A stretch of DNA of 64,000 nt, from the NCBI RefSeq assembly GCF_964355755.1, contig NC_092675.1, positions 3,157,812 through 3,221,811 of the forward strand, written 5' to 3'. This stretch comes from Antedon mediterranea (taxonomy: Eukaryota; Animalia; Echinodermata). The position numbers and the translations under genes were made by a program. Positions 53,501 to 64,000 of the stretch are shown here, one piece after another. Position 1 is the stretch's first letter; each line of letters opens with the position of its first letter. The notes below the pieces were generated by a model. That model ran no database searches and was not told the DNA's origin. It saw only the letters and a program-made list of their open reading frames with translations.

Positions 53501-56500
53501 ACGGCCAAAACAAAGGAATACAAATAGATAAGTTATTCGACTTTATACGCATGTCAGAGCGTCACACAACGCGGGAAAACTATCGCCAAAAGCAGGAGAT
53601 AATTAACAATCAAGACGCAATCATGTTACTATGATTTATGTAGGCTACACAAACGATCAAACGATAATAAATGATGCTTTTAGATCACTGCTACACAGCC
53701 GAACGGAACAGTTAATGAATAGATGACGGGTATTAGCAATAAACCTATAGAAGAAAAACCGGTTTCTCGTCGTAGCCGGTCTAATGTTTTTCTTCAATAT
53801 TTATCTTCGTATAACTATCAAAGGCTTTTCCAGTCTTTGATGTTAGATCATAACAAATGAGGCTTTTAGTCTCTTAAGAAAAGCAACACGTTCAATTATG
53901 GAACAAACCAATGTAACCTTGTGGCAATTATGTATTGTTATTCAACGAGATGGCTAATATTTTTCTAACTTTCTGAAAGTAAACCTTTAAAAAGCAAAAT
54001 GACATAGTGCTTTCATGGAATGTGATTGTATTTTATCTTCTCTCCCCATTAAAGCTAATTACCTACATTGTGTTGCTCTCTTCCTCTAAACCTACTATGT
54101 TGATTTAAATCCACTTAAGAGATATAATACTTAACGGTATTATGTTCACACAAACCATGCATTTGACGACGAGTAATATTTTATGTTCTATCAACATCAT
54201 CGACACATGTTTACAGCAAAACTTAAATATCAAACGCTGCTTCATTTTCCAGAAATCATTGTATCTCATCTTTAGTATAAATAAATGTGATACTTGATAG
54301 TTAAAACGTATGAATACTCTATTGATTGGTGTTATGATTTTAATGTGATTTAAAACAAAGCTCGCGTTTTAAACATTACAATGATTATTCATAGCCATGT
54401 GATGGTTCTCAGCCAATCAATTTTTTTTCTCTCAACTCACGGGCAATAAAACTATACGGACCGCAAAGTTACTAAATTAAAAGGTCTTTAATTTCATAGA
54501 TGTTATTCAGTCAAACCGCTGTGTTATTTTATATTGTAATATGATATCTATTGATTTATAAAGATAATATTTTGTGAGTTTACATGAAATCTATTAATAT
54601 TGTCTTTCAATTGGTTTTAGACTTTTATTTTATTTATTTTTTCTGTATAACAAAACTATAATTATCTCATTCGTCTAAAACTATAAAATAAATATATTGT
54701 TTTGTTTTTATATAGAATAATCATTGTTCATACTACTTTTATTAATATCAATAAACAAAGTAATGATCATGATGTGATGATGACGTCATATGATTTATTG
54801 ATTTGGATATGGAAAAACACATTTGTTTAGATTGTATGTTTGCGTATATCTTTCAGCAATTTACATTACAATATTTGATTTTTGTGAAACAAAATGAGAA
54901 ATCAGGTCAGTAGGAGTATTCTGATCTTTTCTTTAAAGTGAATTTGTCTGGCAAATAAGCCTTAAAACGAAAACAAAATGAGAATCAGTAAAATTATCTG
55001 TTATGTGTTTTTCATAAATAATTATCAATAATTACTTACACATCATCAGCATCATAATTAGTGTTAGCTTATCTGTACATTGCCATAATGAGTTAGCGAT
55101 GAAACTGCTTCGTGAAATTGATAACACACAGGAGAAAGTTTAATTTACGACACCGTTAACTGATGAACTAAAGCCATTACGGTGAGTGCGCGTCGTGCTA
55201 AGGTACTGCTAGCATTTCCAGAAACACGAAAGTGGTATTAACGCGGCAAAAAACGCAGACGATAACTGTCGTGTTTACGATCCAAGTGTGTTTTGTTCTT
55301 TGCGTTTACTTACGGAGAAACATGTTAATTATCCCGTTAGAATAGTAACATGAAAAATCCACAGGGATTTAAGCGTTGATGTATATAAACAATAACGCTC
55401 AAGTATTTGTAATGGATATGACAACGTTGATATTTGATAGGCGATTTAGAATTATCTTGTCAAAATGTACCAGTGATGATTAGTCGGCGTGGGAGCTAAG
55501 TCCCAGAGTAGATGAAACTTGCACAAAGTCAAAATGTAAACTATTCATTATTTACTACATGTGTGCTATTATAGTTAAATTGGCAGAAAGACGTGGCAAA
55601 ATACACGAATATAAAGTGCTTGTAATCAGTCAACTTGATTTTCAATAACATGCACAGGTTCGGAAGGTTAAACATGATCAGGTGAGATCAGAAGTTTATT
55701 GAAATCTGATTGGTCGAATGTTTTATGACGTTTGTTGAGTGATGACCGCTGCCAATAAGTATTTTTGCTATCGCGCTAGATCCACAGTACACTTGAAATT
55801 ACTGTCAAACCAGGTAGCCGGTACTGTATCTATAATGTGTACAGTATCATCGGCAAAGTGTATGATACAGTATCACGCTGTTTACATGATGGTATCATAA
55901 GGTCATACACACCTAGGAATATAATTCCATTGTGTAAAAAACAAACACATTATGGTATTGACTAGTTTAGATGGTTATGCCTACAAATAATTTTAGTTAA
56001 ATTTTTAGATCGATTGACAGTTTTTTTATATAAACAATTTAGATAAATTTTTTTTTATCAATATTTCAAATTGTAAAGACAGTCTTGTGAAAACGCAATT
56101 TTACTACGGATAGTATTTTTCTCTAAAATGTATATCAACTACATATTAGATTCAATATAAAATGCATCCTTATGCAACGAATAATCTACACAAAGAACAC
56201 ACAATACAGATAATAGCATCATAACGTACATGCATATAAATCATTATTAGTGGTGTATCGATATTTCTATACGATGTACGCTTTGATATCATAGTGATTA
56301 AATCGAATAAATCCGAATTAGACAGAGCAGGAATGAAAAAAGAGTAATCGGTGAGATACGAACGAATTTTGTTCAATACAATGCCTGATAGGGAAAACTG
56401 CATGTTATTGCAAATTAACAATAACGACAATAAATGAAAAATATAGCTGGCATTGTACAAAACGTGTCCTTCCAAAATACGCTTAGCATTTTTAACACTC

Positions 56501-56808
56501 TCTGACCATTCTATCTATATCAACAACCGGTGTATTTTACGAGGACAGTGATGCGACAGAGAATGGCAGGCTAGGCTGGGTAAAGACCAATTATGATTGC
56601 CAGGCTCTCCGCAGGGCTGCGGTGTGTATAGATTAACCACCAGTATTTTTACTGCTATATTTCACAAATTCACTTGAAACTCATCCATCAGGCTAATAAC
56701 CACGTCACTTTGTTTTAAACTTCATTACAGCATCAGTTTCGCGTGTCAACACAACGCTGTTTATGAAGATGAAAATTGCGTTTGTTTGATTCAAACATAA
56801 ACATCTAA

Positions 56809-56930
56809 AGCTTGGTTACCAATAGGACGCAACGCAGGAACGTAAGCACAGGTAATTTGACCAATCACAATGCGATAGATCATCTTCAATTTTTTCGTTA
56901 TTGGTTAAATTACTTGCATTGCGCTCTTGG
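56809..56930. mobile_element. Partial MITE family B copy
   Basis: TAA|AGCTTGGTTACC..GACGCAACGCA..TTGACCAATCAC. Confidence 0.7.
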
Positions 56931-57197
56931 GAATTGAATAAAGTCTCTAACACGTACATACGTAATATGCGTAATGTAACGTGCGTAAATCCATACGTAA
57001 CGTCTGTAGAATTGGTGGCCATCAGGAACGCGAGGAACATAGATTAGACGTTTGACCAATGACAAGCAACGGAGACGAGTGCTTTGCGCCGGGATAGCCG
57101 TATTCCTTCTTCACGTGCGTCCTTTACTATGTAACTAGTGGTGGGGAAAACCCAACATTTGTTTCACACACGCGTTATTCGATGTAATACACACTAA

Positions 57198-57376
57198 AGC
57201 TTGGTTCTCACTAGCGACGCAACACAAGGACGTAACGCAACGCAAGTGAATTAACCAATCACAAGCGATGGCTTATTCGCTTGTGATTGCTAACTGTCTA
57301 TAACTTCGCTTGTCATTGGTTGAAACGCTTGCGTTGCGTTTACGTCCTTGCGTTACGTTCTAATGGGAACCAAGCT
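57198..57376. mobile_element. MITE family B, well-preserved copy
   Basis: Near-identical to 26659-26832. Confidence 0.92.
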
Positions 57377-57974
57377 TTAATCTTTTTTAAAACGAATATG
57401 CCTTAAATCATCATACATGCATGCCACCATGTGCAGAAGCTTATAATATCGTGATGACATCGTGTTGATTATTCGTACATTTATCTATACACTTATCTAT
57501 TCCCCTGTTTACTTATCGCGTAGTTTGTAAATCATCGAAAATGCTAACTTAAAAATAGATTCAGTATTTTGATGAACTCCCTGCTGCTGCTGAAAGCTAG
57601 CTGGTGAGGAAGACAAATCGTTCGTAAGCGATTTGATAGAATTATTCAATTAAGTGGTGCATTAGTCCAGTGGTTTATTTGCTGTATTGAAATCTCAGAA
57701 CAACTAGTCATTAATAATCTCCGGGTTAAAAAGAGACATAAGTACATATTTTTCGACTCTACTAAACAAATCTGCAACACGGGATGTCTTTGGACATTTT
57801 TATTCATATGTGACGTCACTTGCTGCAGGGTTTAAATGCGTGTAAAAATTTAGAGGTAGCGCGTACACAATAGCAATCAATTTAATTATAATTACTATTG
57901 ATTGCTTTATTTACTTATTGTTGTCAGCAGTGCTGTATGTAGATTTGCATTTAGTAATCACATATATCACGGTT

Positions 57975-59455
57975 TCTTTTTAATTCCAATGTTTAGATAA
58001 AGTAAATAAGAAAAATAGTTTATATGTCAATACTAAATTATTTTCTTTCATGATAATTTATTAATGAAAATGAGGAGTAATAGTTGGAAAGATAAAGCAG
58101 TTTTCAAAGATGTAGCAGTAACAGAGGCAGTAGCGTAGGGTTTTTAATTTCAATGTTTAGATAAAGTAAATAGGAAAAATAGTTTATATGTCAATACTAA
58201 ATTATTTTCTTTCATGACAATTTATTAATGAAAATGAGGAGTAATAGTTGGAAAGATACAGCAGTTTTCAAAGATGTAGCAGTAACAGAGGCAGTAGCGT
58301 AAGGTTTTTAATTTCAATTTTTAGATAAAGTAAATAGGAAAAATAGTTTATATGTCAATACTAAATTATTTTCTTTCATGATATTTATTAATGAAAATGA
58401 GGAGTAATAGTTGCAAAGATATACAGTAGTTTCAAAGATGTAGCAGTAACAGAGGCAGTAGCGTAGGGTTTTTAATTTTAATGTATAGATAAAGTAAATA
58501 GGAAAAATAGTTTATATGTCAATACTAAATTATTTTCTTTCATGATAATTTATTAATGAAAATGAGGAGTAATAGTTGGAAAGATACAGCAGTTTTCAAA
58601 GATGTAGCAGTAACAGAGGCAGTAGCGTAAGGTTTTTAATTTCAATGTTTAGATAAAGTAAATAGGAAAAATAGTTTATATGTCAATACTAAATTATTTT
58701 CTTTCATGATATTTATTAATGAAAATGAGGAGTAATAGTTGCAAAGATATACAGTAGTTTCAAAGATGTAGCAGTAACAGAGGCAGTAGCGTAAGGTTTT
58801 TAATTTCAATGTTTAGATAAAGTAAATAAGAAAAATAGTTTATATGTCAATACTAAATTATTTTCTTTCATGATAATTTATTAATGAAAATGAGGAGTAA
58901 TAGTTGGAAAGATACAGCAGTTTTCAAAGATGTAGCAGTAACAGAGGCAGTAGCGTAAGGTTTTTAATTTCAATGTTTAGATAAAGTAAATAGGAAAAAT
59001 AGTTTATATGTCAATACTAAATTATTTTCTTTCATGATATTTATTAATGAAAATGAGGAGTAATAGTTGCAAAGATATACAGTAGTTTCAAAGATGTAGC
59101 AGTAACAGAGGCAGTAGCGTAGGGTTTTTAATTTTAATGTATAGATAAAGTAAATAGGAAAAATAGTTTATATGTCAATACTAAATTATTTTCTTTCATG
59201 ATAATTTATTAATGAAAATGAGGAGTAATAGTTGGAAAGATACAGCAGTTTTCAAAGATGTAGCAGTAACAGAGGCAGTAGCGTAAGGTTTTTAATTTCA
59301 ATGTTTAGATAAAGTAAATAGGAAAAATAGTTTATATGTCAATACTAAATTATTTTCTTTCATGATAATTTACTTACTTATACAGATGAGGAGTAATAGA
59401 AAGGATATACATCAGTTTTCAAAGACGTAGCATTAACAGAAAAGAAGCGTAAGGT
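57975..59455. repeat. Satellite, ~164-bp unit, 9 copies
   Basis: TAGATAAAGTAAATA[A/G]GAAAAATAGTTTATATGTCAATAC...GTAACAGAGGCAGTAGCGTA recurs every ~164 bp. Confidence 0.97.
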
Positions 59456-60840
59456 CAATACAGTAGCCCTATATAGTAGTAATAACAATATTTCACTAAG
59501 GAATTGACTAAGTAAACATAAAAAAAAAGTTTATATAATCATATGAGCAGCTACAATATCATATTTTGATATTGCAAAATGATACTATGTGAAGGCATTG
59601 GAAACACATTACATATTCTTGTGTATTAATATTAATTTACTGACCTATAGGAAATCTAGTAGGGCGTATCTGACATTATAAATATGTTATACTAGTTAAT
59701 TAATACTATAATTATTTTTCATTTTGGTAATTTGTTACCGCAAAACTATTTTTATTCAATTTCAATTCTTTCAAAAAAGCCTCCAGAAATTGGAGAGACG
59801 GTACATTAAAATTATAAAACAAAATAATAAAAATAAACAAAACGTAAACATGAAGTGGACAATTTTATTTTTGGTTAGTGTCCCCAAAATAGTGGGATCT
59901 ATATTAATATAGTAGTATATTTTAATGTAACGAGTGATATATTACTTAGATTGATTAGATCAATTTTCTGTATTATTAATTTTCTTACTTGTAAAAATCA
60001 TTGTTTATGGCAAACTCACAAGATTATTTAATAACTAAAAATGTATTTATGAATGAATTAATAAAAATAAAATCAATTTGATATTACTATTTGAATTATA
60101 CTTTAAGAACTAACTTTAACAGAATTTCCAATAATTAGGCCAACATTTAGTAACATTAGGCCTATATTTAAAGATAACATTTATGTAACTCTACAGAAAG
60201 ACACATTTGTTTTGTTTCTTGGAAATAGCATTTAAATGAATAATTTATGTAAAAAGAAATATTCGCCGCCCACATATAGTTAATTACAGTAGATATAAGA
60301 TCGACTGATAACAAACGAGTTATATTTTGATACTGAATGTATATATAATCAAGGTAATGATTGAAATCGACCCAATCTACTGTCAACCATATTAAATAAA
60401 TAATTTCTGAACGTCACAATTATCTATATCAATAAAGTATCATGTAATAATTGGCATCTTTTCATATGCTTTTCAAATTAATTAGTTTTAAATATAAAAC
60501 GAATTATAGACTTAAAAATGAATTAAATTGTCATATTTCTTTCAAATAGAAATGAAAAGTTCTGTAAATAAAATCAAGCTGAATATAAAACATAACCCAA
60601 GCGATTTCATGGTAGATCTTTCTAATCGCATTGTATAATTATTTATGATTGCAACGCGATTATTGTCTTTTAATATATGTGGACATCAGATTAAATGATT
60701 ATGATTGTTTGCTAAAAAGCAAATTAATCGAGACCCCCGGTGAATAAATGCCATGGTTTTGGTTTTATAAAAATGACCGGATCATTTTCGCACCAGGGGA
60801 GCAGAAATTATATAGTTTAATTCATAAAAGAAGCGGCGAA

Positions 60841-61135
60841 AGCTTGTTAATTCTTACTTAGACGCAACGCAGGACGTAAACGCAACGCAAGCGTGTTGAC
60901 CAATGACAAGAGACAGTTCGAATAATCCATCGCTTGTGATTGGTCAACTCATTAACGTTGCGTTATGTCCTTGTGTTGCGTCTTTGGGAACCAAGCATTA
61001 GACGCAATACAAGGACGTAAGCGCAACGCAAGTAATTTGACCAATCACCAGCGAAGGATTATTCAAACTGTCACTTGTCATTGGTCAACTCGTTGCTCTT
61101 ACGTCCTTGCGTTGCGTCCTAGTGAGAACTTAACT
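60841..61135. mobile_element. Two tandem MITE family B copies
   Basis: Two consecutive GACGCAA..GACCAAT..ATTGGTC..TTGCGTC units. Confidence 0.8.
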
Positions 61136-63009
61136 TCAAAATGAGAATGGTTAACGCTCACCGTTTTATATTCACATGGATCGGGCCTGTAATAAACGAT
61201 GACTACGTACAGCGTCATACCCAGCGTGCAATTCACAAGTTTATTGATACATGCCTATCGGAAAAACTGCCATTTAAACGCTTACTTACGCTATACTAAT
61301 CCATCATATTATGAAAAAATAATATGTAGGCCTAACCTTGGTGGGGTCTTTGCTTTTAATGACATGTGAATAGAAATGTGACAGATGTAATTGTTATAGG
61401 GACATAGGCCTACCTGTACCACCAAATAATAAGGAAGAGCTGAAGCACCCACCTTCAAAAACTGGGTTCAGAGTTGAGACACATAACAACCTCTAGAAAA
61501 ATATTAAATAAGGAAATTGACAGTCACTAGTTCCCTCATTGCCCAAAATATTAATCGGTCGACATAAACACACTCTTTTCTGAACCGGGAACTGCTTTAT
61601 CATCTCGCAAAGAAACATATGTGAAACAGATTGAATACGGTAAATAGATGACGTTACTTTATATCGAGTATTCTATTATCGACTTCTGTAGGTCCATTAG
61701 TTTGTAAACGATTTGTAGCTATTAAAATAGAGTGTGGCGCTTGTTGTAAAACATGCTAGGCCTAGCTATTAAGCAAGTGGATTTGTGTTGGTATTTTGTT
61801 GTATGGTGAACATGAATAATGGTCGCATATACGTTGAAAGAAGACCACGGCCAGGTAAAGCAAATTAAATGTATATACATTTTCGGAAAGATGACAAGCA
61901 GGTGTGCGATGGCTTTTTCTGGAAATGTGTACCTTGTTCGAAGAGAATAAATTAACAGTGCCTGTCACAGAAGTAGGTGGCTTAATGTAATGGAGCAAGT
62001 TGGTGAATTATTGTACGAATAACCCGATCAGTAGAATAACAATAAACTGAATAAAATAATAATTAATAATGATGCTTTTGTTGAAGATTTTATTGTTTTT
62101 ATAATAATGATGGCATGATGATGATAATGACATGATGATGATGATCACTTACGCCTGATTAAATTTAATTAAATACATGAGTATATAAATAATCAAATAC
62201 AAACAATCAAATATTTTATATGTATTATATAAAAAAAATACATTAATTTGTTCCTATGGCACGGAGTCTATTTCCTTAAACAAAAGATCATATTATAGTT
62301 GGTGAATATAGGCCTAAGGAAACAATTAACGACATTAAAATGTAATAAAATGACATTTGTACACTTCAAATCGGTTTTGGAACGGATTCCTGTTTTCTTT
62401 ACAAAAAGTAAAATGGAATTTGGGTATAATTAGAAAAAGGTTGAGGTTGATGTTAATGAAAGTTAGAAGGCCTGACATAGTCAGAATGGTACTGGTAATG
62501 ATATAACGATTGGCCATGCAGCATAAATTATCATCATCATTTTTAACACATAATTATTGATATTATAAACTTCAACATTTTGTGATAAAAATACATCAAA
62601 GAAAACGAAAGAAAGCCCGCCTTAGTTTCTTCTTTCCTAATATAGGAATTACAAAGTACCGAGCCAAACAAATTATATACAATATTGCACAGACTAGTAG
62701 AAAAGTAAAGCTAGTAAAATCCTACAGATATAGTCGTTATTTTTTGTTATTAACAGGAAAATCTGTTTATTATGATACAATTTGAAAGTTTTTATCAATA
62801 TAATTATTCTACAATCAATATAGATGTCCTAAACGAACTGCAAGCGTCAGTAAATGCTAGCCATTTAATGCCAAATCTCTAGCTTTAAGCGGTAAATTAT
62901 TCTCTGTTGATCTTTGATTATAAATTGCCTTGCTCTCATCATCAACAACATTTTGTAAAATCGAGATTTCCGTAAGAAAATTAACAATAATGGGAAGACT
63001 TTTGTCCTG

Positions 63010-63194
63010 AAGTTTATTTTATTGATCAAGCTGCTATTAGTATGGAGTCTTTGGGACGAGCGCCGGAGATATTTAATCGCACCGATTCAGTTTGTTATCT
63101 AATTTCTATGTTCATTTAAACACTTCTTTATCAACGCGTTTTTCGTTGGATTTCTTATTTCGTATCATTTCGTCAATTTGTGTACGGGTTCAAC
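63010..63194 (-). other. Candidate terminal exon (G|GT TGA, ~170-nt 3' UTR, overlapping AATAAA signals at 63013-63023)
   Basis: Acceptor tttgacatcag at 63195 gives Gly-stop after the phase-1 exon at 63506-63574. Confidence 0.3.
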
Positions 63195-63505
63195 CTGATG
63201 TCAAATATATATCACATTATAGCAATATTATCGCAAGTTAAAAGATAGATCAATGCACCAAGTATCATCACCTAAAGGGTGTGGCCATATTTAAAGGGTG
63301 TGACAATGTTTGAGGAATAACCAGTATAAGAATTCAACCCAATATTTTATAATTTAAAAAGAAAAACAAGATTATTATACGGATTTTTCTGATCTTTGAA
63401 CAAAAAGACTTTCAATTCTTGAGTCACAACATTGCCAAAATATTTTAAAGAAAATAGTATCTATATTTTTTTTTTAACTGATACGAATAACAAGACAAAT
63501 CTTAC

Positions 63506-63574
63506 CTTTTTTGGTACTACTTCTTTGGTAATACATTGAGTCGCCTATCGTCGAGATCGCATGCTTTCCATTGC
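63506..63574 (-). CDS. Candidate internal exon of an unidentified gene entering from the right (GNGKHAISTIGDSMYYQRSSTKK)
   Basis: Acceptor ttttatctactttaacag and donor AAG|gtaaga; 69 nt, open only in phase 1-1. No recognisable homology. Confidence 0.45.
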
Positions 63575-64000
63575 CTGTTAAAGTAGATAAAATTGTGTTC
63601 TTCAAATAAAATGAGTTATAATTATAAATACAATGTAACTCTTATTCGAGACCCAGAAGTGTACCAGTAATAGGGGTGTCTCCTGAATAGGGTTTGGCCG
63701 CAGTGTTAACAAATTGATTGTCCCTTATTTCGTTTCAAAGCAAAGTGTCCCTTTAATAATTGTGCACTCTCTTGTGGGGTGTCCCAAAGGAGAGTTTCTA
63801 TTGTGGAATATTGAAATAAAATAATTAAAAACAGTACTTAAATCCGCTTAATTAAAGGAGTAAACTATTTACTTCATTTTGCTAATTCTTCTTTATGCTA
63901 ATTAGTTCAAATTACAAGCCTCATCAACAAATTCTACATTGTCTAAATGATGTTGGCGATAAAGACAACCAACATTTGTTAATAAAATTATTAAATATAC

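Overview
AT-rich eukaryotic (metazoan, probably marine invertebrate) genomic DNA; no prokaryote-type operon, CRISPR array, rRNA or intact tRNA gene is visible. The left 25.7 kb holds the first three coding exons of a minus-strand mitochondrial ribosomal protein S11 (MRPS11) gene (25660-25678, 9463-9673, 434-555; phases fit; the gene continues left of the window) with introns of ~16 kb and ~9 kb. The right 38 kb is mostly intergenic and may end in the last exons of an unidentified minus-strand gene near 63.2-63.6 kb. The window is rich in DNA transposons: a 3.4-kb AcademX-type element (TAG..CTA ends, TTA TSD, intron-containing XPG/FEN1-like nuclease plus Cys finger pseudogene, transposase part replaced by an inverted copy of its own 3' end), two PIF/Harbinger elements with shared ends but different subterminal motifs, several MITE families, LINE/SINE remnants and tandem repeats. 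The most unusual signals are two strongly over-represented short motifs that look like transposon excision footprints. TAC[A/T]GTA is concentrated in the CpG-poor gene body and TAGGCCTA in the promoter and intergenic part. Paralogous copies within the window directly show TA -> TACAGTA insertions. All counts are by eye.
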